Origin: Camelus ferus
Lineage: Eukaryota
NCBI RefSeq assembly: GCF_009834535.1
Contig: NC_045696.1
Location: 18,168,001-18,232,000 of the forward strand
DNA length: 64,000 nt
Direction of reading: 5' to 3'
Every line of letters begins with the position of its first letter. Positions within the stretch are counted from its first letter, which is position 1. Position numbers and translations under genes: made by a program. This document shows, in pieces, positions 38,021-51,104 of this stretch. A model generated the notes under the pieces. It searched no databases and was not told where the DNA came from. It worked only from the letters and a program-made list of their open reading frames with translations.

Positions 38021-39081
38021 AGCAGGAATAAAACTGCACATATATAAAAGACACAATCACTTAATATCAATATTTACCTAATAAAGAAACTGAGAATGTA
38101 ATGGGGGAAAGGACTAGCAACTGATAGGCCTGGGAAATATTAAAACCTAAGTCTCTTACATCTTGCTCCTCTTTCATATTTTCCACCATGTGCACAATGT
38201 AACTGAGTATCCTCTAAGCAGATAGTGATTCATGCTGTAATTCATCATTTCCCCAGCCCACCACCACGAAAATAACTGGATAATCTATTCTCTTGACGTT
38301 TATTGTCTGGTATTAAAGGTTAATTACAGTTTATGTATCTTGAACTCATAATATTACTTGGCACTGTTTTAAAAAACACTAAGTCAGAAAAATCTCATTA
38401 TTTGCAAAAATACATCTTACATGTCAGTTTTGTTATTATAGATATTATTCAACTAGAAGTCAAGCGTTTATAAGTAAGTTATGAAAAATAAGAGACAATA
38501 ACTAATAAACCTGAAATACAATAAAAGACAGAGACATTAATTCTCCTTATAAACAATGAAATAAACACATCCAGTTAGACCTAGAGAAAAAAATGATTTG
38601 ATCTAGAAGGACAATAATGATAAAAAAAGGAAGATTTCAAATTGCTATGGATCAAGATTCTTCTAACAGCTCAAAATGATTTTTCATTATTATCATGACA
38701 AAAGATAAATCAAGGAAGAAATTACATCACTGCAAAATGAAATAATACATGAGATAGGAAAATATAGTAAAATAACAAGCATTAAATGAATGTTTCTTTA
38801 ATATATTTACTAAAAACACTAAAGACTGAATTGCTTTCTCTTATACTAACTCTCCCATGGTCTGTTAAAAGGGTGATCCATTTTGCCATCAGCAGATTCG
38901 ATGGTAATAAAACTTAGATTCAATACAATTATTTTCCAATCATAACTTACTACGTATTTCACCTGTTAAAAATGTAAAAGCTTAAATGCAAAGACAGAGA
39001 CTCTTGTCAAAGCTATATTTGAATCTTAATTGCTGAGGCTGAATATTCAGGTAATGTGGTTTGAGTAGCTGATTTGCACTC

Positions 39082-39700
39082 TGTGGTGGGCAGACTAATG
39101 CCCTCCCCCAGTGCTTCCACCGAACATACCCATGACTTAATCCCCAGACTCTAATACGAGATCACCTTACATGGCAAAAAGGGAGTTTGCAGATGTGAAT
39201 ATGGTTCAGGATCTTGAATTAGACTGAGAGATTACCCAGGTGTGCCTAATCTATTCACATGAATCCTAAAAAACAGAGAACTGTTACTCCTTGCTGTAAT
39301 CATAGAAAGATATAACAGTGGAAGAAGGGATTAGAAAGACACACTGAAAGGACCTGACCTGCCATTGCTGTTTGTGCAGATGAAGGAAGCCATGAGCTAC
39401 CTAAGGAATGTGGCAATCTCCAGAAGCTGGAAATAGTCCTCAGTCTACAGTCAGTAAGAAAATGAGGACCTCAGTCCTATAATTTCAAGAAATGTAATCT
39501 CTCAAAAACCCAAATGAGCAAGGAAAAAGTTCATCTCCTACAGGGTGCAGAAAGGAAAGCAAGCTGATGGCACCTTGGTTTTAGTCCAACGAGACACATT
39601 TCAGAATTCTGACTCACAGAATGGTACAGTAATAAACTTACGTTTTTTAAGCCACTAAATTTTGGTAATTTGTTATAGCGACAGTAAAGAAATTAATACA
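39082..39700 (+). mobile_element. MLT1E-type MaLR solo LTR
   Basis: tgtggtgggcaga...'ccttacatggcaaaaagggagtttgcagatgtga'...'acagtcagtaagaaaatgaggacctcagtcctata'...'aagccactaaattttggtaatttgttata...taataca'. Confidence 0.92.
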
Positions 39701-39974
39701 TGACTTCAAGAAGTAGAGATGGTTAAACTATTTTGGGTTTTTTTCTTAAGGCTTTTAGTACTTTTTTCAATAAAATGTGATACGTGTATATGATGGAAAA
39801 TACGAAACAGACAGAAATGTTTAGAAAAGGATAAAAAAAAGATCATCTCTAATTACACCATTCAGAGATAATCACAGGTAAAATAATAACTTGAAAGTCT
39901 TTCTGTCTCTGTCTCTGTCTTTTTCTCACAGACACACATACATCCACATCGAGACAGACACAACACAGACATAA

Positions 39975-41160
39975 ATAGTTCTTTCAACAGTGTGTTTATT
40001 GTGAACTAGGCAGTGGGTTTGTAATAGTGTAAGAAAGGAAAACATTTGGAAAGTAGCTACAAATGAAACAGGAAGGGGGCAGGGCACAGCCACTCAAGGA
40101 ATGCTACAGCAATTAACATCAATATGGGGAAAAAGCCAACCCCCAGTAGGCCCTGAGGCTCAAGATGGTGAGAGATTTAACTTCTAGTAGATCTTAAGCC
40201 TCATTATACACTCATTGTAATATATTAACATGGTAAATAATACGCCCATAGGCACCATGGCAGTCCCAAGGCTAGCCACAAAAGGTCAAAGAGTGGGAAA
40301 TGGCCAAATTCCTGGAAATCCCAGCCCCTTCCCCAGGCTACTTAGACTGGTCCTTCCATTTATTAGCATATGAAGCCACCAAGCCCATAAAAACTGGCAA
40401 CATGGCGCCTCGCGGCCGCCCCTCTCTCTCCCTGTTTAGAGACGGCCCGCATTCTGTCTATGGAGTGTGTACTACTCTTAATCGAGTACCCAACCCCCAC
40501 ACCTGGTGGCTTTCTCTTGCCTTTCAATGTATCTCTCTGAATAAATCTACATTTACTCAACTGTGGCTCACTCTTGAATTCTTTCCTGCGCAAAGCCAAG
40601 GACCCACACTTGGCGGGGCACGTCCCAGGGGCTCAACCGAAGCCTGGGACACAGCCTTCCTCATGCCCCATATCTGTTTTCCTGCATCACAAGTATGATA
40701 GGACATGTGGAGGGAACCATTTCCAACATTTATTGTTTGGGAAAGTTTTCAAGGGAAACTGACCTGCTGTGTGTGAAGAATGGGATAGAGAAGACATCTA
40801 AGTAGAGGAATCAGGATATTCAAAGCCCTGGAGTAAGAAAGAATGTAACAACCCAATAAAATGGATATAAGACATTATGTCAGTTCCCAGCAAAGGGGCT
40901 GGAGGGTTGTTGGAGGCGAGGCTCTGGTAAAGATGTTAAACTTTATCCTAAGCACCACATAGTCATCAAATAGTACACTTGGGTGCTTCAGTGTATTTTA
41001 AATATAGAATCTACTCATAATATGTAAAAAGTTATACAGGAGCATGAAAAGATCTGAGGAGTTTTGTAGCTCTCCAGGTGAGAAGTTTGGTAATGTGTGT
41101 AAGAACCTGGCAGGAAGGTGGGAGGGGAATGCATATTTAGAATCTAGGTAAGTTGTATTG
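39975..41160 (-). mobile_element. L2 3' remnant, split by an ERV1 LTR
   Basis: 'ttcaacagtgtgtttattgtgaactaggc' L2 tail; continues after the LTR ('caaagccctggagtaagaaaga', 'ctttatcctaagc'). Confidence 0.55.
40064..40689 (+). mobile_element. ERV1-class solo LTR (copy A of inverted pair)
   Basis: tgaaacagg...cctgcatca; TATA-like cataaaaa about 40387; AATAAA about 40540; TSD caaa/caag; alignable end to end with 52058-52715. Confidence 0.93.
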
Positions 41161-41249
41161 TGTTAAAGGAAATAATAAAAAGGAGAAAGGAGCAGACAGA
41201 AAATGGAGTGATCAGTGGAGGTATAAAAGCTACAAAGAACAACTATAAG

Positions 41250-43200
41250 AAATCCACCACATACGTAATTTTTGGAACATTTCTTCCTTTATATTGGGAA
41301 TGCTAGAATTTTATCTGCATATTATCTAGCATTTTCATTTCTGTCATTTAATATAGCCTGGTTTGCAATAACCCCTTTGATTTACTGATGTAGATCTTCT
41401 GATGTCTCCTCCACAGCGCATGCATTATGTTTTTTGTCTTTGGTTTTTGCTTTTGTTCATTTCATTCCCGTATCTTTTTTAGAAAGAATATTCATCTGTA
41501 TAGTATCTGTTCTCTGTGTATCATCTTCCCTATCTTCATATTCATGTTTATCTCTTCTGCATTCTGAAAGTTTGTACAGACTTAACTGATCCAATTTTCC
41601 ACAGTATTAACAGCATAATGTACTGTTCCTCATTAATTTATAATCTTGAGATCTCAATCTGAATGCCTTATTACCTTTTTTCTCATTTTTATTTACTAGA
41701 AATAATGAATTTTATTATTGACATCATATACCACTGAATTCTGCCATAGGTGAATATTTTTCTGAACTGTTCTCTTTTTCTATTTAATGACATTTTCTTT
41801 TTATTGAAAGTATCACCAGAAGTTCCTGGTTGATTTTTTGAGAGTAAGGGCATGTAATCCATCTTCTGTTAATGAGGACAGGTCGACCCAGCACAAGTTT
41901 TCTATTGGGAGTAGAGTCTGTGGATTCCCTCTGGACCCCACAATATGTACACACTGTGGGAATGTTCCAGTCAGATCTTAATCTGGCCAGATGATAGCAG
42001 ATGATAGATGTCAACTTGCATTAGCATGCAGGACCAAAGTGGCTGTGGAGGTAGGAAGGGAACCATAACTGTGGGCTTTCTCACCCATTTTATCACTTTT
42101 TCTCTCATTTCCATATATCTCCTTGTTATATCTGTGCAGGTTTTTTGTTTTTTTTTTTTTTTTCCTTTTTGGTTCTGCCTTTATGTATGTGTTAACTGCA
42201 CCTGTGACTGCTCCTGAGGCTGGCTGAGTGATACCACCATGTACTGGCAATGTTCGAGAGATGCCACCGGGGTCATCAACGTGATACAGATTCAGCAGTT
42301 CTTCATATTGAGAAAGACACAAACATATACTTTCTGTTGAAAACCCAAATCAAGTCTCTCATTGCCTTCTACCACTCTTGTTCTAGAAATATTTATATTT
42401 GTGACTTTTTATTTAATTTCCTCTGATTTTTATTTAATTGTTAACTATATTACTTTTGTTATAAAGTCCATCTGAAATTTATTTTGGAGTATAAGACATT
42501 CAATTATCCCAACACCATTTGTTAAATGTTTCAACTATCACTACAATTTTAGTATCATCTTTAATAAAATAGGAAAAAAACTGCCAACATGTTACAAACG
42601 TTTTCTACATAGCCCCTTTTTGAACAATACATAACGAATTCATTTCCATTCAGTTTGGGGAAAAGTACAGGCATTGTATTGATGGAATTTCATGAATAAT
42701 AGATGTCCCGAGTATAACATAATGAATTAGAGATGAATAGCTACTCAGGATTTTTTGTTTGTATTTCTATCTATTTTTCTATCATGTCACAAGTGTCCAT
42801 ATTTCTAAATTATTTTAGCATTATAAAGAATTTCAATGTCTGTAAATGCAAAATCTCTCCCTTCCACTGGCCAATCCTCTTCTTACTGTGTGTCATCCAC
42901 TAACTTTTAAAATACTATTTATTTTAATTTTCTCAATTTTGCCAAAGATAATTTTGTGGTTTGATTGTGAGTTTATTAGAATTACACATCATTTTGCAGA
43001 GAACTAACATATTTGAAATATTTACTACTTCCCTCAAGGAACATTCTATACCTTCCATTTATTTAGAATTTATCTTTTACATGTAACTAAAGTTTTATTG
43101 GCTTTTAAAAGACCCTGCATGAGTTTTGTGGAATATTTATACACAGTTATTTTAATTTTAATAAAAATGACCCTTATATTTTCTAGCATTTATTTATTTG
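41250..43200 (-). mobile_element. Degraded old L1 fragments
   Basis: T-rich; 'tccatctgaaatttattttggagtata', 'attatcccaacaccatttgttaaat', 'ccttccatttatttaga' antisense L1ME ORF2; the 41250-42360 part is less certain. Confidence 0.55.
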
Positions 43201-44199
43201 AAAAGATATTTAGTAGCATGTGTAAACTTCTGCTTATAATCTACATAAAATAATGTATAACAAAAGTCACATTTGAATGAAATGATTTTTAAAAACATTT
43301 TTATATTATTTTATTCCTCTTGCACCAATACTGAAAAAACACACACTATGTACCATTGTGATAGGCATCTTGCATATGTATTAAGATCAAAGCAGTTGAC
43401 TTGGAAATCATATTTATTTGTTAACAACAAATAACAATAAAAACTAATATACCTTGGAAGTCTTTTCCCCTATTAATATAGTATAAAATTCCACCATCTT
43501 ATAAAAAAGTGTTTTCGATAGTGTCCTATTTTTTAAATAAACATAAATATTTTATTTTATTCAGCTTGATTAAAAAAGGATGGGAGTGATTATTCATAGG
43601 AATTCATAAACAAAATATTTTTCAACTATGAGAGAGTATACCAGAGATTAAAATCAATGTCTTTATTATGGTCCAACTAAGATAATTGTTTTCCTTACAC
43701 AATATTATGAGATCAAAGGAGTATTGGGTTCATTCAAGGATATACTTTTTCATTTTTATCTCAATAATTGCATGCAATGATTAAGGGAAAGTGTCACATT
43801 CTATCTAGCTTTGTATTTATAAAGTAGTCCAATACAGGTACAAATCAGCTCAGTAGTGGTTCACAGAATTGATAATGTGTTCCTCATCATTTGCTTCTCT
43901 GCGACTATAAAGTTTGTGAACAAGTAATTCGTCTTCAAGATCTCTTTGAATTATAAGACCAAATTTCCATTTCCCATAATTAATATGCATTATGATGATA
44001 TTATTTTGAAATTTGTGAGAATTTTATGAGTTTACTCAATGGTTGTTTTTAAGGAATCTTATAACAGATTATCTCCTATCTTCTATTGTAATACATAATC
44101 TTGTATCCTGATCTCTATCAATTGAAAAATAATGGCAAGCTTATATTTAAAGTTACATGACAAGATAATAATAATAGCCATAATTTGTTTAACAAGTAT

Positions 44200-44392
44200 G
44201 TTTGTAGAATAAAGTATGACAGAACCTCAAAAATATTATTCAGTTTCATTATGTTCATTTTACAATTGAGAAACATGAAATTCAGCAAAATCAAGAAACT
44301 TACTAATGCCTCCCGCCTAGTAAGTGACAAAGCCTGCATTCAAACCCTATCTCCATTCTTCATGCGATAGTCCGTCTGCGGTGCTGCATCTT
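44200..44392 (-). mobile_element. MIR SINE
   Basis: 'cattttacaattgagaaac...ctagtaagtgacaaagcctgcattcaaaccc'. Confidence 0.75.
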
Positions 44393-45999
44393 CAATTACG
44401 TCTTGTAGAGATGCGGTAATGTCACCTCCCTGGCCAGAAGTCTTTTAAAATTTATCAAAATAATGCTTTTTTTTTTTAATGTTATGTGAACTTACTCTTA
44501 TTCTCCCTCTCCCTCTCTCTCTATAAATATATATAGTTATTTATCAATTTTCTGTAATAGCCCATAGCAGGAAGGCTGAGAGGCATGTGGAGTAAACTTC
44601 ACGGAAGAGCCCTTTGGTGCAATCATTAAACTTAATATAAGTGGAGGATTAAGGTTATTTTATGGCCCCATTTGAAATTTGTTTTGTGCTTTGGAAAAGA
44701 CAGAGGAACTGCAGTTGAATAGAATCTGTCTTCTGCATTCCTCCTATGAGTGTGTATTTGTGTAAACAGCTTCCTCACTTGTAGAGCAAAAATGTGAAAA
44801 CATCTTTGCTTGGGGTCTTCTTTATCTTAACATGAGATCTAGGAAGAATATTTAGAAGGTGATCATCTGCAAAAAATGTTTGCATGTACATTATTGTATG
44901 TGTGTACATATATTGAGAGAAGCTTTATTTTTTTCCAACAAAGGCAACAGGAGAATTCTAAAAGCCTCAGTATTATGGAATGGTTTATTCTGACTAACTA
45001 TATAAAAACGCAGGTAGGTTATCACAAGAAGTCTATTTACTAGATCATTTAGGACGTGCTCCTATCCTTTAATTCACACATACCTATGCAAAGGTGGACT
45101 TCCTTTATGTGTGAGCTGGGCACTGCAGAAATAATTGCAAAGTGAGTGCACAAAAGTCAAGCCCCACCTTTAGTTTTCCTAATCAAGTACATTTTTTAAT
45201 AACTGAACTTCCTAGTGATTCTGTCCTTCTTTCTCAGCTCCACGAGAGTCCTTACCCACAAACATCGCCTTCAGTTCACATTCTCTTGACAGCTCTGGTC
45301 ATGGGCATGTGCGCCTAAGTTTTCCTCTGCTGTTAACATAGGTGCCTTAGAATTTCCATTAGAGTTTCTCAAAATGGAAAATGCCTAAGCTCTTCCATTG
45401 TTCCACTGGGAAGAAATTTCTAGGAGGTGGGGCTCAGGCACGCATGGAACCATAAAAATAAATGAACCTCTTGTTAAGTGCCTACGTGGACTATTACATA
45501 CAGAGCTGGATGAGCTTTTATCTGGAGATTTTAAAAAGCTTACAATCTGGGACCAACTTTGCTTATATGAACTCAGCACCACCCCAGTCAAGTTACAAAT
45601 ATAAGGAAGTAATATATATGGCAGGAAATAAATCAATGTGTTTCATCTAAACTGCCTACTTCCACCATCTTGACAAGTTTGGGACACCCTTGCCTGAATG
45701 TCCTGAACTCACTGAGACTAAACTTGTCAATGACCTGCACCAGAGTTGTAAAACAATCATATCAATATCTTGGTTTTTCTAAAAATCTGTGGTTTCAGTG
45801 TAAAATAAAATGATTGTGCTAAGGAACATTTGCTGTGATATATTTTTTAATTCTTTTTTTCATATCTCTCTATCCTGTCACCCCTCTTCTCCTACTTTTC
45901 TCCTGCACCGGAGCAGGAATGGGGGATAAAATTCTGGTGAAAGAGAAAATAAGAAAGAAAACATGAGAATCAGATTCTGGTGTGAATGTCTTGAATCTG

Positions 46000-46402
46000 C
46001 TCTCTCTTCTCAGATCAGCTTCCAAAATTTAGACAATAGACTTCCTAGAAAAGAAACAGAATCCAAGACCAGAGTCACATAGAGAGCTGATGGCAAGTGA
46101 CTATTTACTGTGGAATGAACACTCTTGTATCTTTCTTCATCCCTTTCCTGCTGGTTGGAATGATCTCTGATGGCAGGACCTCAAGCAGCCTTCTTGAACT
46201 ATGAGACAGCAGACTTATGGCTGAGGATGAGGATGGTCGAGCATTACGACAGGAAGATCTTGGCTTTAGATGACTGTTCCAAGCTGCCCTCACATCTCTG
46301 GGCTAGAAGTCTTTTGTAAACATAAAACAGAACTACAATTTAATCTTGTTAGAGCCATATTTTTTATAGTTTCTACTGCATGAATGTAATCCTAACTTAT
46401 AT
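46000..46402 (+). mobile_element. MLT1J/K-type MaLR LTR
   Basis: 'ctttcctgctggttggaatg...gatggcaggacctcaagcagccttcttgaactatgag...aggatggtcgagca...taatcctaacttatata'. Confidence 0.7.
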
Positions 46403-47261
46403 AGAACACTTTAAAATAATGGATAGAGGGAGAAATTAGAGAAGCCTTTTTTGGAGTAGGATATTTTCCCATATATGCCTGAATCAGAGCAGCAGCTTTT
46501 GACATGTTGACGGAGTGTCAATGGCCCAACAACACAGCAGGAATAGAAAAGCGCCACACCCACAACACTGAGCACTCAACAGGGCAAACACATCCCAGCA
46601 CAACTGACTCCGAGTGAAGCTCAGTGATACTCCAGCTCCAGAGACATTTTTTAGGTGGGGATTGGAAGCCCTTTGAGATCTTGTAATTTTCAAAATGGAA
46701 GACTAATCCATTCTGGTGTTACTATTAAATGCCGTAGAACGGTAAATCTTTTTGCAAAATGCATTAAGTTGGGAAATTAAGACCACGCCTCTGTATCTTA
46801 CTTAATCTCAGTTCCCAGAAAGCAGAGCCTGAGACAAAAACTAGCATCACTGGGAAAAGTGTGGGGAAAGGCAGACTGAGAATTACTGGTTCTTACTCGC
46901 ACTTTAAACTCAATATGATTTTTAATTTTGTTCATCAGCCTAAAACATGTATATATGTCACAAATGGAGACAGAAATGAAGACGCCTAGGAGGCATTTTC
47001 TAGCGGGGACAGAGGTGAACACAGGGTCGCACTGCACTTCATAGTGGTTAAACTTCAGTTAATTTGACCCCAATCGGGAGTGAAAGAAGACTGTGCTGGT
47101 ATAACATACACACAGAATAGTAACAGTGTGGCCTGATTTTATTAGTGTATAAAATTAATCTTGTCATCTAAAGCAAGTAACTTCAAATAAAATCTTGAGT
47201 GCCAACATGCACAAATGATGTAATATTCTGTGCCTGAGATCTTCCCTCATCTGGAACAAAC

Positions 47262-48115
47262 TGTTAAAAAACAAAACGCAACTGAGTAAATTTTAAAGAT
47301 CGTTTTGGCTTTATTCAACAAATCATGAATTTGGAAGCGTCCAATCTAGCAGACCGATAGGAGTTGTATAAAATAAAAGACTTTTATAGGGACAAGGGAG
47401 TAGGAACAAGGAAATTAAACTAGGCCCCAAAGCAGATGGGTTATTGTAAGATTCCTTTAGGGAATGCCGGAAGTCTATCAGGCAGAGGACCTAACTAGTG
47501 CTGACCTGATGATTCCTGACTGGCTGGCTTAAGAGTCCATTTTTGGGAGAGCCCAAACTGTGATTAAGGTAAATCTCAGTTTGGTGACTTGGGGCTTTGA
47601 CTTTGAGAAAAAAAAAAAAAAAGCACAAGGTGAGAGCTGTGATTTAAGTTTTACTGGGGGCGAAAGGAGGAGAATGGCAAGCAGACATCTTCTTAGATAG
47701 CTCTGAGGAACTGCTTAGGTGTCGGGGGGAGTCGGAATATATGCGATTTTAGTAAAGGGGGACACGTGCAGTCAAGCACACATTGTGGTGGAAGGTTCTT
47801 GCTAGTCACGAGGAGCAGATGTCTCCTTTAATGACTTTAGTGCTCTCCTGGATATGAGAAGATGCAAGAAACTGGGCTCATAAAATCTTCTCCTGAAAAT
47901 ATCTATGTGGAGGCCTGTTCTGCCAGTTTTTCCCAGGGCACAGAGTGCCTCATTCCTGATCTCCACCCTGAGCTCCTTTCAGGGTATGTTGAAGATCAGC
48001 AACTGCAGTGGCTTGTGACTTCATTCTTGTAAAGCTAGATACTGAATGACAAATTTTAGCTGGCAAGACTTAACTTAAACAACTCCGTTTTAGGCCGGTT
48101 GTCTTGTTTTTAACA
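47262..48115 (-). mobile_element. ERV1-class solo LTR (outer), interrupted by nested LTR
   Basis: Terminal inverted repeat tgttaaaaa...tttttaaca; perfect 4-bp TSD AAAC (47258-61 / 48116-19); minus-strand AATAAA (tttattcaac). Confidence 0.92.
47598..48065 (-). mobile_element. MER41-like ERV1 LTR nested in the outer LTR
   Basis: 'aaaaagcacaaggtgagagctgtgatttaagttttact...gatagctctgaggaactgct...ggatatgagaagatgcaagaaactgggctcataaaatcttctcctgaaaatatc...tagctggca'; degenerate TSD gggctt/agactt. Confidence 0.85.
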
Positions 48116-49515
48116 AAACAATGAACTAAAGATGAAAGGTTTAATAAAGGATGTTTAGAACTATCATAGGCTTCAAATATTAACACTTTGTAAAGCAACT
48201 TTAATATGAAAATCCAATTTTTAGAGGAATGAAGGACTCAATTTGAAGAAGTAAATGTGCACATATATTATTCTGACTTATTAACCAAACTCAAGCTGAA
48301 CAGAGACAGTCAAGGATAACTGAGTTTGAATTTGACATCAGCTTTGAGCCAGGTTTGCTTTAGAGCGGAGATTAAATTGACTAACAGAAAAAAAAAAAAA
48401 GAAGCATTACATCTCACATCCCACATTTCACAAAATATGATTTGTAGCAATTTAACGTAGGCACTACATCTGGGTTTGCTATGATTCAGGCCACGGATGG
48501 TTTGCATAATGGGTCGATTAAAACTCTTAGAATTGTTGTCAGTTTATTTTGACAGATGACACAGTTGGAAATGGTTTGCAGAGATGAGGGTGGAACTCGA
48601 AAGCACTGCTCACTTGCTGAATTCCAATGGATGGTGAAGAGGCCACATTTGAAAGTTTCCTTCAGAGTGTTTTCAAATACTAGATGTCCAACAAAAGGAA
48701 AGTAAGCTAAGCATTTGTGAAAGCAACCAGTTAGTTCTGATGATAACATAATTCTTCTTAGCACTAAGAGAAACCCTTAGAAAAGACAAACAAGAAGATG
48801 ATAATCTTAAGTGCCTGCATGTGGCTCTGAATGGCCTCAAGCAAAACAAAATGTAATTAACCGCCCAGAAAAACTTATTTCAAGAGAGGAAAGTCCATAT
48901 GGTCACAAACGCAACCACGACCTTGGGCATGCTTGTTAAGGTGTTAGCATGTCAGCGCCCTGAGGAAAGAGGTTTTACATAAAATAAAAGTGCTGACCTG
49001 CCGCTAGCAAAAGATAAAATGTTATTTTTAAAGATGCAATTCCCTCCCAAGGGGAAGGGGAATTTGTATCTCAGCCAGGCCAAAATGTGTCTGACTGCTT
49101 TAGAAAATGTTGCAGAGATGGCAAGCACCTGATTTCCCAGAAGCTGAATTGCCAAATGAACAATTTAAAGAAAATGACCTCTGAGGACATTTGGACTCAA
49201 AACCAACAAGGCTTCTGTGACTCCGGCTGAACGTCTGTGTCTTTTGAAACAAGTTTTGGCAACATTGCAAGTCTCTGAATATTCAGGATACATTTCTTAA
49301 ATTTGCACTGGAAGACAGGTAAGAGTGTGTTGGAATTTATGCTAAAATTAGAGTTTTGGTTTCTCAGGACACTGACCCAAGGACACTTACATTTAGGAAG
49401 CTTGGGAATAACTGTTTTGAGCTGGCTGTATCGGGCAGTGTCCCTCTTAGCTCCAGGCATCATTCCTGCTCCAATCATTTACCAGCCACTGAAACTCTAA
49501 AATTTGATGAGTGGG

Positions 49516-49795
49516 TGTATTAGTTTCCTGTTGCTGCTATGGCAATGTATCACAAATGTAGTGTCTTAAGATATAGCAAAATGATTATATCAAAGTTTTG
49601 GATTTTAGAAGCCTGAAGTGGGTTGGCAGGCTGCACTTCATCTGGAGGTTTTAGGGGAGAATCCTCTTCCTTGCCTTGCTAGTGTCTGGAGGCCATCTGT
49701 ATCCCATGGCTTATGGCCCCTTCGTCTACCTTCAAAGGCAACATAGCATCATCAAAGTTCTGTCTCCTCTTTTCTCTCTCTCTCCTACAAACACA

Positions 49796-49845
<50 letters not shown>

Positions 49846-50091
49846 GATCTATATTTATCTATAGTCTTTGCTTTCACCGTCACATTGTCTTTGATGCTGA
49901 TCCTCCAACCTGTCTTTTATAGGAACCCTTATGATTACATTGGACCCATACAGACAGTCCATGAAAACTGTACCATCTCAAGACCCTCAACTTAATCACA
50001 TCTTCAAAGGTCTTTTTCCATATAAGGTAACAGATTAACAGGCACCTGTGTATTAGGGTGAGGACATATTTGAGGGGCCATTATTCTATCA
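49516..50091 (-). mobile_element. MLT1D-type MaLR solo LTR containing a (CA)n
   Basis: 'tgtattagtttcctgttgctgct...ctggaggttttaggggagaatcc...tatgattacattggaccca...catctcaagaccctcaacttaatcacatc...gaggggccattattct'. Confidence 0.9.
49790..49840. repeat. (CA)n microsatellite
   Basis: About 25 CA units with one TA interruption. Confidence 0.97.
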
Positions 50092-51069
50092 GAAGGATAA
50101 TGTGAAGTTGGCTTCTATCCCAGTGAGTTAAGCAGCAAAGGACAGACAGTGAAAGTACCGTAGTTTCAGCACAAGTCTTGACAGATGTCTTATGAATTCA
50201 TAATTTTGGCTAGAAACTCGTATTTCCCAAATCAAGATTAGGACTTGTCACTTACAGTAAGTGAAAAACCATAGATGATTTTAACACACAGCTGGGGTTA
50301 AAAGGCAGAGGAGGATCTATAGAGGGGAGCAGGAACATTCTTTCTCAGTATCCGACAGGTGATTGGTCCAGGTCCTTCGTAGCTCAGCACTAGCAGGTGT
50401 GCTTTGTGAACACTTTCTCTCATCGTGTCTTTAAGATGCTCCTCAGAGATTCCTATGCTGTATTCCCACCCCCATCACAATTCCTGTGATGTAACGGATG
50501 AATGTTTAGCTCATTCCTAGTATTGCCATCATCCTTTCCACACAGACTCTCGCTGTTGAAGTCTCCACCTTTCCTTGTGGTTCTCTGGGACTCTCATTAA
50601 AATGGCCATGTTGACTCACTTGTGGCCTGTTGACTGTGCTCCGAACCATCTGAGTGCGCAGACCAACCCAAAGCAACTACTTCCATCACTCTTAAGCATG
50701 AGTCAGGCATCATTCTATGGTGTTCTCCACAGGTCACTAGTGTATGAACTTCAAGCTCTTGGTGATGCCATGAAAGCCATTTCAGTAGGCATGGGGCAAA
50801 GTGGGTAGCAACCTCCCTGTGGAGACTCATATCAAATGCTCTCTCCAACATTTCTCTTCATCAGGTTTCCTCGCCAGACCGTATTTATTTGCTTTGCATG
50901 GTTTGGAGACTTCTAACTAGCCATCACCAACAGCCTAAATTTCTAAATTAATAAATAACTATGACCTTAAATAACTTTAATTTTTCTGTTAATCTAGATC
51001 TATCTATACATGTATCTAGATGGAATATATTATGGACCTGTTTATATATAGAGATAGAGTATATTATAG

Positions 51070-51074
<5 letters not shown>

Positions 51075-51101
<27 letters not shown>
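51075..51101. repeat. (TA)n microsatellite
   Basis: Visible directly. Confidence 0.95.
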
Positions 51102-51104
<3 letters not shown>

